A stretch of DNA of 63,442 bases, filler included, from Vannella sp. (Eukaryota), in NCBI GenBank assembly GCA_023345925.1. It is 6 parts of 6 records of this genome, joined end to end, with 100 filler letters (N's around TTAATTAATTAA, not from the genome) between each part and the next. Parts side by side here need not be neighbours in the genome. Positions count along the whole stretch, not along the records: positions 18,783 to 39,957 come from JAJQQN010001069.1; positions 40,058 to 44,722 come from JAJQQN010000386.1; positions 44,823 to 52,561 come from JAJQQN010000415.1; 3 more parts are not named here. One strand, 5' to 3'. Under the pieces are notes generated by a model. It was not told the DNA's origin. It did no database searches and saw only the letters and a program-made list of their open reading frames with translations. A program made the position numbers and the translations under genes. This document shows, piece by piece, positions 35,701 to 48,014 of the stretch (positions are counted from its first letter, which is position 1; every line of letters begins with the position of its first letter).

Positions 35701-36533
35701 GCTTGCTGAGATAGGAGAGCGGAAGAGGCTCCCTTCGGACACCTTCTCACTGCTAATAGAGTCCCCAGCAAGGTAAATCCAGTTGCCAGACACTTCTAGT
35801 GAAGACACGGCAATCCTCCCTCCGTTTGCTGCTTTGGGGAGGGACTGATTGACTGGCTTATACCATTGTGACTGCTGCAAGTCAAAGAAGCCGAAGCCGC
35901 CTGGATAAGAGATTGTCGTCCTCGCAGCATCCCCCTGCAGTAATGAGCAAAGAAGGAACTACTGTGACACGCTCTCGTACCTGGTAGCACACTTGGAAGC
36001 GTCCTGCGACTGCTATGGAGTAGCACGGTCTATCTTCGGAACAGCTACGAGGTGGTACGCCAACACCAGGTCCGTTAGCCGTGATGGGAACAACAGCAAG
36101 AGCTGAAACAGGCCCATCGCATCCCCAGCCCATGGGCTGCCACAGAGCACTGCTCTGGTTGAAGAAGGCGATGTTCCCGTAGGATACCGTGTTCGACGAG
36201 TGGTTGAGGTAGTTGAAGATGCCTCCAACAACGACCCCACGAAGTTCGTCCTCGTCTGTGTCCACAAGGACGATCGCCTCGGCTGTTCCAGTGGACAAGA
36301 CAGCAGAGTTGTCAACGTTGCCCCAAGAGCTACCTGTGGGGTCGTACTTTCCGAAGCTGTGGAGGTTCTGCGAGGACCCAATAGTCTCGAACAAGCCTCC
36401 CACGAACACAGTTGCTGTCTCTTTCATCAGTACTGCACGCCAAGCCTTCAGTAGACTCACAAGTGGACTCTAATGCTGCATGCCCACACCAAGCAAACAG
36501 AACGAGCCCTAACAGCAGCTGAGACAAGCTCAT
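32723..36533 (-). CDS. Single-pass receptor-like TKL-fold pseudokinase with Rax2-like beta-propeller ectodomain, multi-exon
   Basis: Signal peptide MSLSQLLLGLVLFAW; many (V/Y)xGGxF ... WxxLGxG repeats; TM VILVLSAVVLCLIVVIIMIITIVI; kinase GRGRNG, VAVK, HPNII, HQNLTSNN, DPG, WSAPE, CWQEDPAARPSF. Confidence 0.85.
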
Positions 36534-36613
36534 CCGAGAGGAGAGCAGGAAAGAATGATCCAAGGAGACTTCCCAGAGAACACCAGGAGGCAGAGAGATG
36601 TATTAGAGACGGC

Positions 36614-37099
36614 TCAATCAACTATGTTCGCGTAGCGAGGCTGTCGCTGCTTGCGGTAGTAGTAGTAACCTGCTACTCCTCCCATCGAGAGGAAAACAAC
36701 CACTCCCAAGCCCAGCAGTAGCCACGCCCACCAAGGAGTTACTGAACTATTTGTAAGACTCTCATTGATCCAGTACTCTGGAATGTTGGGCTGCTCTTGC
36801 GGTAAGCAAGAGGAAGACGGCGCGATGATGGTTGTGGTGAGGATGTCTTCACAAGTGTCTGTTGCGTAGTACTCGAGAGTGTAAGCCACAGTACTTGGTC
36901 GTAGGAGTTGGTAGGTCATCAGTGTCTTGTTTGAACAGGGGTCGGTGCTCTTCACGCAAGCGAGCTCGTCCATCTTCACGGAGGAGCAAGACCACTCCCC
37001 ATCTAGCTTGCACCTGGTAGAGATGACCACGCTCTTTGCTCCCCATACAGACAGGCACATCCCTAACACTATAAGCCACAGTATCGACCTAGCAGCCAT
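36614..37099 (-). CDS. Small type I membrane protein with Cys-rich ectodomain
   Basis: Signal peptide MAARSILWLIVLGMCLSVWG, six Cys, TM WWAWLLLGLGVVVFLSMGGVAGYYYY, tail RKQRQPRYANIVD. Confidence 0.7.
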   Translation of the reverse strand: MAARSILWLIVLGMCLSVWGAKSVVISTRCKLDGEWSCSSVKMDELACVKSTDPCSNKTLMTYQLLRPSTVAYTLEYYATDTCEDILTTTIIAPSSSCLPQEQPNIPEYWINESLTNSSVTPWWAWLLLGLGVVVFLSMGGVAGYYYYRKQRQPRYANIVD

Positions 37100-37146
37100 G
37101 GAGCCAAGAGGAAATGAAGATATTTGCTTCATTGTTAGGTTGGCTG

Positions 37147-38611
37147 ATGAGGAAGGCGCAGCTGGGCTTGTTTGAGGACTGGTTACACTTGCATGGTGCA
37201 ACGTACCCTTCGTTGGAAGCAAAGTGCGAACTACACGTGACACGAGACGGTAGGAGGCTGGAGGGAAGGCGACACAGACTTGCTCATGGTCCTGTTGGGC
37301 AGTGGAGGCGCCTTTGAGGATGTTGGGGTCTATGCGAACGTCCCTGTGGTGACGGGTCAAGTACTTGCTATAGTACCTTCGCACATTGTGCTGGGAGACG
37401 ACTCCAATGCAAAGAGTGACGCACTTGTCTCAATCATTCGCTTCCTGCGCGAGCAGCCGGATGAATGGATGCTCCCTGTACTCATCCCATCACTCTGTAT
37501 CCTCTTTGCCAAGCACTACCCTGAAGAGAACGCCTTCTGGGCCCCGTACATCGAGTTCCTTCCAAAGGCCGAGGCGATGACCAGCGCTCTTTTCTTCTCT
37601 CCTGCTGAGCTGATCCTCTTGTCCACCAGTACACGCGCATATCGTCTCTTTGGTCTGACCTTGCAGGTGGTGGATGAGATCCACTCCAGGTGAGAGTTTG
37701 AAGAGACTCTTTATCATTCATCGCTCATTCTCGCTCGTAGTATGGAGCGCCTTCGTGATCTGTGCGGAGAAGGATTCCCTGAAGCAGTAGCATCACGAGA
37801 TGAGGTGAACTGGTCGATCGGGATGATCTTCTCGCGTGGTTGGAAGATTGAGGAGGGAAACTGGGTCCTTCTCCCTCTCGCCGACATGTTCAACCACTCC
37901 TTTACGCTGTTTGATGAGAACAACATGCAACAAGAGTCAAATGGCTACACCGTTTGCTCTCTATCAGACACAGGGAAGGATGAAGAGGTCTTCATTCGCT
38001 ACAATTGTGACGACAACGCTCAACTTCTCGTTCTCTATGGCTTCGTAGAAGCCCAAACCCCTCCAGTTGCCACTCATGTGATTGTAGAAGTAGAATTGGA
38101 CTTCTTGTTGGACCCACACTCAGTGGCACTCCTCAGTTTATCGGGCTTTGGAGAATACACTTCGGAAGATAACCGATTCCAGCACACCTGGGAGGTGGAC
38201 TCCACGAAGAGCGGCAACGGTGAACCTTTGTGTGATCCAGAGCTGATGCATTGCTTGCGAATGTCGATAGCAACGGAGGAGGAATCTGCATTCTTCCACT
38301 TAGAGACTGCCAATGTCCCCTTTACAGAGACTCAGCTGGATCTTTTAGGCTCTGTCTATCCTCTGCGCGGTGAGATAGCACTTCACGAGTATCTTCTCGC
38401 CGCTACCAACCACTATCTCGACCGGTTCAGTACCAATCTGGATGACGACATTCATCACCTGCAGGACTCCTCCCCACTCACCTACAGCTGTCGCAACGTC
38501 TTAAACCTCCAAGTCTCAGAGCGTCTTTTCCTCCTGCAATCGATTATTCCGTCCCTTTCCTCCACATTGGCTCATCTTCAATCCCAGATGCTCCCCCAAC
38601 TTAAATATTAA
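37147..38611 (+). CDS. SET-domain methyltransferase, Rubisco LSMT/SETD3-like, multi-exon
   Basis: FEDWLHLHGA, FWAPYIEFLP, WSIGMIFSRG, LLPLADMFNH, EEVFIRY...NAQLLVLYGF; start could be 37114 or 37147. Confidence 0.8.
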
Positions 38612-38751
38612 ATTAATCTATTTTGAACATCCCACGATGACATCTCGCCATCTGAAAAATCAAAAAGGGCGGGAAAAGTCGTTGTCGGTTGGTGGTCGGG
38701 TTCCTCAACGGTTTAGAGCCTCATAACTGAACTCTTCGGCATCGATTAGAA

Positions 38752-39957
38752 ATGCTGTCCTCGCTCGCTCGTCATAACCTTCGTGCGAAGGACCTGCCAC
38801 TAGAAACACCCTCTGCATTGACTTCATCCATTCTCCCTAACACAGTCCAGAAGAAAGTACGCTACTATGAACGATTGGTATCATCACTGGCTCCTGCGGA
38901 AGTGAAGCAGAACGTGACCACGTACCGCCGATCGGAGCCAAAGCACCCCACAAACTCTTCCCAAGTCCTTGGGACTTCAGGAGACAAGGAGAACCGACAT
39001 GCCTCGCTCTCAAACACACCGCCCAAGCTCATGGCAAGCCAACCGAAGAACTCCTGTGAGCCTGCCAAACCGATCTTGTCTCACATGGCCGTGAAGATGC
39101 GCCATCCACGGGAACAGTTGGAGCGTGAGGTGTCCAGTGGCTTCTACAAGGAGCGCACAGTCGAAGTGGTACGCGAAGAGAAGGAGCAACGCGTGCGGAA
39201 GGTGGAGAAACTTGAAGAGAAGGTCAAATCAGTCCGCCGTGCTCATCGTGACAGCGTTCGTAGTGGCGATGTCGTTCGCGCTGAGATGCTGTTGAAGAAG
39301 CTCCATATCATGGAGAAGAAACTGGAGGCCGCCCCGCAAGAGGCAAGGAACATGAGCCCTCCCAAACCCCTCGAGATCCTCGAAGAGGTATCCCTCACAG
39401 ACGAGGAGTCATCCATTCAAGTGGACGACACTATCCTTAACGGCGACCTGTGTGGAGGCATTGTGGAAGCCATGGCAGCCTACTGTGCGGACGAGGAGAC
39501 AACTTGGCGCACCTTCAGCAGCTATTCTGTGAGGTCGAATGGGACTCGCTCGAGCTTGCACCTGTTCAATGATGACATCATTCGCTCTCTGAATGAAGCC
39601 AGTGAAGAGGACTCTCTTATGGACGAAGATCTGGGCCCACGATTCACAGAGCGAAGGAACCGCGACATCTTCGCGATGTATGATCGCCTTGAGGACCAGC
39701 TGGCCTTCTCTACCGAACAACTGGAACATACTCGAACAGAGCTTGCTGGTTTCAGAGCACAGTTGTACGCAGCCCTTCACCAACTGGCGCAAAACGAGTA
39801 CCAAGTCCGCTTGTTTGAGTCCCAGCTTGCTCAGGGATCCACAGAGAAGCTGGTGATGGAACAGCAGATTGAGCACCAGAAGATGTTGCTCGCTGACCAT
39901 GAACAGCAAGCTTTGAGGCAAGAGATCCAGCACCTGCGAAGGGAGACAGAGATCCGC
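38752..39957 (+). CDS. Coiled-coil protein, 3' truncated at contig end
   Basis: Open ORF of over 400 aa running into the linker; heptad-rich E/Q/L/K segments. Confidence 0.6.
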
Positions 39958-40057
39958 NNNNNNNNNNNNNNNNNNNNNNNNNNNNNNNNNNNNNNNNNNN
40001 NTTAATTAATTAANNNNNNNNNNNNNNNNNNNNNNNNNNNNNNNNNNNNNNNNNNNN
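39958..40057. other. Artificial contig linker
   Basis: N44-TTAATTAATTAA-N44. Confidence 0.98.
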
Positions 40058-40066
40058 CTTGGTGGA

Positions 40067-42746
40067 ATGGAAGGGACAACGACCTCGCCGGTGGCGAAGA
40101 TCCGCGTGGGCGTTTGCGCGATGGACGCGAAGGCTTCTTCGAAGGCTATGAGAGCGATTCTGTTGCGACTGGAACGAACGAACTTGTTTGAAATGGTTCC
40201 TTTCGGGAACCACGTGATCTCCCAGGTGCCCGTGTCGGAATGGCCGAAGTGTGATTGCTTGATTGCCTTCTACTCTGGCGGGTTCCCTTTGGACAAGGCA
40301 ACACAGTACGTTGAGTTGAATCGCCATCGAATGTTCGTTGTCAATGATCTGGCAGCCCAGCGACTACTCCTTGACCGGAGGCTTGTCTCCGCGATTCTCA
40401 ATCTGCACTCCATTCCTACTCCTCGTTGCCTCATTGTCTCTCACGATGGACTTCCTTCTCACCCCCATGATGTTGTCAGCCCTGGGGATCCTCCTAATGT
40501 CGAGGAATTCAACGACAAACTGGTCGTCAATGGTACCGAGCTCACCAAAACCTTCGTAGAGAAGCCTGTAGACGGAGAGAACCACAACATTCATGTTTAC
40601 TACCACTCTGATGTAAGTTTACACTCTTTCAAGTCTAAGAGGACTCTCTGACAGTGTCCAGGTTGGCAGTGGAAGCCGTCGGCTGTTCCGCAAGGTGGAC
40701 AATCGGTCCTCCCAAGGCCACCCGGACTGCTCCATGATCCGCAATGGACCAAACGAGAGCTTCCTATACGAGGAGTTTGTGCCCACTGATCTGACAATCG
40801 CTGGCACTAAGAAGAAGGTGCAAAAGGACTTGAAGATCTACACTGTGGGCGAGCACTACGCTCACGCTGAAGCCCGCAAGAGCCCTGAAGTAGATGGCCT
40901 TGTTGAACGTTATCCAGATGGTAGAGAAGTCCGCCACATCGTCTCGTTGACAGAACAGGAGCAAATGATTGCGAGTACAATCGTCCGCTGCTTCAAGCAG
41001 CGCGTCTGTGGCTTTGACGTCCTCCGGCGCCAGAAGGGAGATAGCTTTGTGTGCGATGTGAATGGTTGGTCCTTTGTGAAGGGCAACGAGGATTACTACA
41101 ACAGTTGTGGAGAGATTCTGAGCCGCATGTTCGTGGAGAAGGCTCGCAAGATTCGGGAGGAGTTCCCCTCGGAGACTGCTCCTCTCGCTTCGAATTGGAA
41201 GCTGCGAGGGTCTGTCAGTGTCTTCCGCCACGCTGACCGCACTCCCAAGCAAAAGGTAAAGCTGAAGGTGACTCATCACAAGATCTTGGCGTTGTTTAAC
41301 GGCACCAAAGAGATCAAGATGAAGAGTGACAAGAACCAAGACCAACTGAATGTCTTGGCGTCTATCATCCTCGAGATTCTCCAGCAGCAAGTCACAGATG
41401 GGCGGGGCCATCTCTCTGGCATTGAAGGACATGACAGTGTCACTCGGTTGCAGTTAATCGGGGCCGTTCTCTCTCACCTGTACCAGGGGTTGAAGATTCA
41501 GATCAAACCAATGACTATCAATGAGGCAGCAGAGCCTCCCCGCGTAGCACGGGCAATGATGGTCTGTAAATGGGGAGGAATGTTAACCAAGCAAGGAGAG
41601 TACCAGGCTTGGCGCCTGGGCAAGTCACAGAGAAACCAGTTTGTGATTGGGTGCGAGAACTCTTACCCGCTGGAGTATTACATGGACCCGCCCCCCTACA
41701 TTAGCTCAAATAACGAGCGTCGAGTGAAGCGCACGGCAGAACTGGTGGGAGCAGGTCTACTGGGGAAGAAAATGGAGGAACCAGCAACGGTTCACGACAA
41801 CGAAGAGTCAAACCACATTCTCGGAGACATTGACGAGGCCAAGGAGATCATTGATGAGATGAAATCAAAGATCTCCGACATCATCCACGCCGAGAGGATG
41901 AAAGACATCAAAGAGTTCCTCCTTTACTCTGAAGTGCCCCCTTTAGAAGAGATGGCACGGTCTTACCAGGAGCAGAATCCACTGGGATTCCTCTTGAATG
42001 ACTTGTCCAACTATTTGAAATGCGTTTGCCGGCGGCTAGAGATCCTCCAGGCATCTGGAGAGAAAGTTCAAATCACTGATGAGACTCTCCCACTCATGAT
42101 TCAGCGATGGAAGAGGCTCACAGAGTACATTTACAACCGCAAGACTCACCGCTTTGACACCACGAAGGTCCCAGATGTGGAGGACTACATCAAATACGAT
42201 ATTATTCACAACCGCAAGGTTATCGGGGACCGCCTTCTCATTCCCTTGTACTCCCGGGCCAAAGTCCTCTCCGACTTTATCGTGCCTCGGGAGTACGGCA
42301 TCACCCCCGAGAACAAGCTGCAAATCGGCTATTTGACATGCCAACCTCTCTGCCAGTCTATCTTGGGGAACATCCGTGCCATCATGGAGGAGGCGTCCAG
42401 TCCCTCCATTTTTTTGCACTTTACAAGTGAGTCTCACGTGCACCCTCTTCTGAACCTCCTTTTGCACACGAAAGTGGTGCGCATGAAGAAACTGGACTTC
42501 TTTGTGGAGTTGAATTATCTCACTCAAGTCATCTTCAAAGTCTTTGAGGACACTGACAAGCCTGCGAATGCTCCTGACAGGTTCCTCATTCAGTTGTTCT
42601 ACTCTGCTGGAGCGATTGGAGACGCTTTGGCGAGCTTGCCAAGTGATGACAAGATACTTCCGGTCGTTCCCGCCCTTTGTATCAACACTGGCATCTCTTT
42701 GGAGCAGCTGGAGAAGATCTTTGCACCTCAGCAACCTTGTGAGTAG
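40067..42746 (+). CDS. VIP1: Inositol hexakisphosphate / PP-InsP5 kinase (PPIP5K/Vip1), kinase plus histidine phosphatase domains
   Basis: GVCAMDAKA, WPKCDCLIAFYSGGFPL, FVEKPVDGENHNI, HAEARKSP, DVNGWSFVK, RHADRTPKQK, HFTSESHVH; one intron about 40614-40661. Confidence 0.95.
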
Positions 42747-42799
42747 AAGAACTAAAGCTGACCTTGCTTTATCGGCCTCCCAAGCGTGGATTCCCCTCA

Positions 42800-44649
42800 T
42801 TAGTCTCGACGTCGTCGGTCGGGAGAACGGCGGCGGTCTCGATCATCTCGACCATAAGGGCTGTGCCTATAGCTGCGGTCTCGGCGTTCTTCTCTGAGTC
42901 GATCACCTCCTCGACGATCAGGGGAGCGTCGATGGGGAGAAGGTGAACGTCGTCTTGAAGGGGGAGAACGTCTACGGGGGGAAGGGGAACGTCTTCGAGG
43001 CGAAGGAGAACGTCTACGGGGAGGAGGTGAGCGTCGTCTTGAAGGAGGAGAACGTCTACGGGGGGAAGGAGAACGTCGTCTGGGCGAAGGAGATCGCTGA
43101 CCACGACGGGGGGAAGGAGAGCGACGTGCCGCTGGCTCAGGACGGCGGGGAGCGCTCATCATAGTCTTTGAAAGGGCATCGTCCATCTTCGCGGTCTTGG
43201 CTTCGTCCATGTAATCGTCAAGGAAGTCAAAGTCGTCCGTTGCCGGCTCGACATTGCGTCCAGGGACGACCGTTGGCCTCTCAAACTCCACAGGGTCTGA
43301 TCTCGCCTTACCAGTAGACTCAGCTCCGGTAAAGCCACGATCAGGCTGGAAGCGTTTCGTGTTCTTCAACTCCTCCAGATCAGCCTCGCTTCCGTACACG
43401 TCCTCCGCTCCCTTCTTGGGACGGAAGAGCTGATGAGCGCTAGTACCATGGAAGAGAGGCTTGTCAAAGGCGGAGTAGGTGTCGTCATCGCCAAAGCCCT
43501 GACCCAATCCAGCGTCTTGATTGAAAAGGCGCTGATCGAACATGCTTTCCCCTGTCATGGTTGGCGCAGCTTGTCCCAGAGCAATGCGCTCGCTGATATC
43601 ACGGTCTTCATCACGCCTGCGCTTGCCTTTGAGGTTCTCCAGGCGCATCTCGCGTTCTGTTTGTTTGCGGCGCTCCTCTCGAAGCCGGTCCCGCTCCAAG
43701 CGCCCTTCATCATCGTCTCCTTCTGCAAAGGTGCTAGTTCGAGCGTTGCGAGCTCTCGCGGCCATGGCTGCGAGAGCTTCCTCCTTATCCCGGCGCTCCC
43801 TCTCGGAAGTCAGCCGCGTTATCTCTGCTCGTTGGTCCACCATCTCTCGAGCGTTGCGCTCTGCAAGGTAGAGTGATTCTGCAAGTTGAGCGAACTTGTC
43901 GTTGATCTGGGGCTTCTGTAGACCTCGTCCATCCGCGGCGAGGCGCTTATCAAGGGCGATGGTGAGACCGCGCTGGTTCTTCCAGTTGGAGATGCAAGGA
44001 GGGATCTTCCACTCTTCGTGGTCCTTTTGAGTGAGCTTGCGAGGCGGGGAATGGACAATAGGAACCGGGGGAGAGCCCGGGCCCCTCGCTACCTTCTTGT
44101 GCTTAAATCGCGGAGGATCCATGGGATCTACAGCAAGCTCTACCAACTTGATAACTCTCTGCTCTGCATCAGGCCTCTCTGGCTTGTACCTGAAGTACGT
44201 GGGAGCCACTTGCTTCTGCGCAGGTTTGGCGGGGACAGCAGCGGCAATCTTCGTGCTGATATTGCGAGAGAGCGCTTCTCGTGTGATAGCTGTCGTCTCC
44301 CTCTCTTCCTCCTCGCTGGGACGAGTCACCTCTTCATCCAGATCCCGTTCAACAAGGTCTCGAGCGGAGGCATAAACCTTCTTCTTGTCGTGAATGCCCA
44401 AGACAGCGGCAAAGTTGATGTTCCCTTGTGCGTCTATGTTTAAGGGGATGATGGAGGAGGAAGTCTTCTTCTGTCCCATCCCCAGTGGGAACTGGGGCTG
44501 AAAGATCTCGGGAAAGGCTCCTCCATCTTCAAAGTCCTCCTCACTCACAGGTTTCCACCCTTCTCTCCGTCCATAAGGCGGTATAACCCTGCAGAAGATT
44601 CAGTCTCATGAGCCCTCTCGCCTTGCAACAGAGCCACGTACGATGTCAT
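42800..44649 (-). CDS. SNW1: SNW domain splicing factor SKIP/Prp45 with RS/SP-repeat C-terminus
   Basis: DFEDGGAFPEI, DPMDPPRFKHKK, HSPPRK, WKIPPCISNWKN, DKRLAADGRGL, DISERIALG, FDQRLFNQ; micro exon 1 at 44649 then intron. Confidence 0.95.
42930..43130 (-). repeat. ~21-bp coding tandem repeat encoding RRRSP(S/P)P
   Basis: About nine RRRSPSP-like units in the SNW1 tail. Confidence 0.85.
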
Positions 44650-44722
44650 CCCCAAAGACCAGTTCCCAACTGACCACTTGAAACCTCCAATTCAATAGGA
44701 AGCTTGACATTGAATTGGAGGG

Positions 44723-44822
44723 NNNNNNNNNNNNNNNNNNNNNNNNNNNNNNNNNNNNNNNNNNNNTTAATTAATTAANNNNNNNNNNNNNNNNNNNNNN
44801 NNNNNNNNNNNNNNNNNNNNNN
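44723..44822. other. Artificial contig linker
   Basis: N44-TTAATTAATTAA-N44. Confidence 0.98.
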
Positions 44823-45039
44823 CAAGAACGAGAACGGACATGCTTGGAGAGTGCAGCTATAACCTAACCTTGGGAAGGGGAGTGTGCCAAGTTCGCCTGT
44901 TGCTGTGACATTCGACCCCAACACAAGGAGAAGCTTCACAGAGGCCATTAGGGAAGGTTGCAAAGCCAAAGGGACAAAAGAAGGAAGGAAATCAGAAATC
45001 AGTTCTTCTTGGTCCGCAGCTCCCGCAAGCGCCAGGAAC

Positions 45040-47943
45040 ATGGAAGTGATGGAGTTGAAAGGGGCACTGCTGCCTTACGAGGTAAGGTGAGAGGCTGGTG
45101 CAAGAGAAGCGAGATTGATCAGGGCGGGAAGATACTCGAAGTTGAGGATTTGGTGCGCTCGAAGGAGTCTGGGCGCGTTGGGGAAGTCCTCGAGGTTGGC
45201 TGGGAGTCAGACGAGTACGATTTTGAAGAGGAGGACGAAGAGGATCAGAGAGAGCTCTGGGAACATGAGATTCGTGTGGCCTGGCAAGGTACAGACCAAC
45301 ACCAGATCCTCCCGCTTGACGAGGTGGACCTTTCCGACAAAACCTTCTCGCGTGGGTGTCTGGTGGCTCCTCTGTCTTCTCCAACACAGTGTGGTGTCAT
45401 CACCAATGCATCCATCTTTGTAGATGTCCACGTGAGACCCTCTTTCTTCCTCTGATCGGAGACTGAACATGCTGACCCTTCTAGTACTTGAATGGAACCG
45501 TTCTGAAGCGCGTGCCACGAACAGAGATGAAGACTTTCCTTAAGGAAGAGCATGAGTACGTCAAGCTTGGTCCAAACATCGGGAAGCTCAGTTATGTTCG
45601 TATTCCCGCATTCTGGGCGCGCACACGCTTACAGGAGCGGTCTAGTACACTCAGTTCCTCAAGATACAGTTTGTAGATGACGATCGCTTCTTCTGGATCC
45701 CTGGTGATGAGGAACTGCTCGAGCCTGTCTTCGATGTGGAGCAAGAGCTTCGTACTCCGAGGGCTGTCTTCTTACCAGGGCAGCGGATGCGCATTCGAAG
45801 GACAGAAGCTCTCTATCTTGAGTATCTACCAGACGGTGCACAGATGAAGCGGGTCAAACAGAAGGTGGCCCGAAAGTTACCGGAGTTTGCGTACATTGTT
45901 GACATTGTTATGGACCGCTACCAGATCGATTGGTCGCTCATTCAAGAGGAAGATGCTGACTTGGGCGAGGAGATGTTCATCAGTGAAGTGGAACTGATTG
46001 AGACTCCTTCCTTGAGTTCTGCCATTGCAACAACTTTGGATACTCGCCTTCTCCTTCGTGAGCACACTCCGGCGAACGTTGCCAAGTACCTGGACAAAGA
46101 GAAGACCGTCACATTCAAGAAAGGAACTTCGAAAGGTGCTCGGAGACGTGCCAAATGGTTGAAGTGGCTGGAAACGTTGCCGCAATGTGGTCTTGTCACT
46201 GGCATCCACTCCGAGTACGATGTCACTTGGCAGGATGGCACGAAATCCTGTAAGGTTCCATCACTGGATCTCTTGGGATATGATCCTTCAGGGGTGAACG
46301 AATTCTGGCATGGAAGCGTCGTTTGCCGTGCTCAGGAGAGCGACGAGCTGGAAGTTACTTCTTGGGGTGTTGTTCAGCTTATGAAAGTTGAACAGCAACT
46401 GGTGACTGTCAAATGGATCATGGAAGAAGGGAAACGCCTCGAAGAACCAGTGACGGAGTGCATTAGTGCATTCCTGCTGGTGGAGCATCCCAACTTGAAT
46501 GATATCTTGTTGGACACTATCGTGGTCAAGACAATCCCTGATTCTCAGCTTCTCGCTGTCGGAGAGGTCATCAAGTTGGTGGACGGAGTTGCCACGGTGT
46601 ATTGGTTTGACGGTACAACGTCAGATGCCATGTTGGATGACATCTCTCCCATGGACGATGATGATGGAGATTACGAAGAGGCAGAGGAAGTGAATACGGA
46701 AGAGGATGAAGAGGAGGACGGGATTCCAACAGAACATCTCGAAGGGCTTTCCCTGAACGAAATAGAAAGAGTCGCTGAGCTTCATTCCCGTCTTGGTGAC
46801 AACGAGGACTCAACCTTCAATGCCATCCGATCGGATAGCGAAGAGAGCGATTCGGAAGAGCAAGAACCATTACCAGAGGTGATTTTGGACCTGAACACCA
46901 CTCAGCCGACGCAATACGAAGCCTTATCACATTACGAATCGTTTGCTTCAGCGCCGGAAACCCCTTCCGGTCACCATTTCCTGCCCAATTCCATCCAACT
47001 TCCTCCAAAGTCAGTTCGTGTCGTAATGAGAGAGTGGACTGCCCTTCAGCGAAACCTTCCCGGTAAGAATCCTAATCATTTTACTGCTTGCAAACAGGGC
47101 GGCGTGACCAGGAACTGACTCACAATGAGACAGAAGGCACTTTCGTTCGTATTTTCGATTCTGAGTTGGATCTTCTTCAGGTTCTGATTCTTGGGCCCCG
47201 GAATACCCCTTACCGTACGCATGAGCTGTGATTGTTGAATCGCCATGTTTCTAACTGTTTGTGAAGATGATTCGGTCTTCCTGTTCGATGTGGCCTTCCC
47301 CGATGATTACCCGCAGAGCCCTCCAGCCTTCCATTTTCATTCTCCCACTCCCCAGCAGTTCAATCCTAACCTGTATCCTGATGGGGCTATCTGCCTTAGT
47401 CTCCTTGGTACCTGGCATGGAGAGGGCGTGGAGGTCTGGGATCCCGCCTCCTCCTCCTTGCTTCAGGTGATCCTCAGTATTCAAGGACTTATCCTTGGTA
47501 CAGAGGAACCCTACTATCTTGAGGCGGGGTACGAGAAGCGAAGGGGAAGCAGTATGGCAGAAACCCAGTCCCGAAGATACAATCCCACTGCCATTCTCGG
47601 CGCCCTGAAGCATTCCCTCCGCACCTACCAACAAGCCACCGACCCAGACCAAACCCTCATCACCCCTTCACTAGCAGGTCAGACTCCTAACACTCCCCAT
47701 GCCCACACTCGCTAATCATTGATTCCCCCAGAACTCATTCAGACACATCTGGCCGCCGTCATGCCACAGACGATTGAACGGCTCCAACGCTACTTGAGCT
47801 TTGCTTCCACTCATCCAGAGTGTTCTCCTGCCCAGCTTCGATCTTTCTTCTTCGTTCCAATCGAAGGCGGCGAAGGTTTCGTCCAAACCCTCCGGCTGCT
47901 ACTGGACACCCTCAAAGTGACGTTCCCTCCGCTTTCCTCGTAA
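45040..47943 (+). CDS. UBE2O/UBC24(PHO2)-like E2/E3 hybrid ubiquitin-conjugating enzyme, multi-exon (start uncertain)
   Basis: UBC domain ILGPRNTPY, FLFDVAFPDDYP, FNPNLYPDGAICLSLLGTW, LLQVILSIQGLIL, PYYLEAGY; N-terminal VTWQDG and VYWFDG segments as in UBE2O. Confidence 0.85.
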
Positions 47944-48014
47944 GTGCGCACGCACATAACTCTGGAGGGTGCCTCGCTGCCTTCTAAACGGCTTATTTCT
48001 TCCCGCGCTTGGGA

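Noticed and set aside
40067..47943. Phosphate-signalling cluster of VIP1 and PHO2-like E2
   Set aside because: The genes are on different contigs separated by an artificial linker
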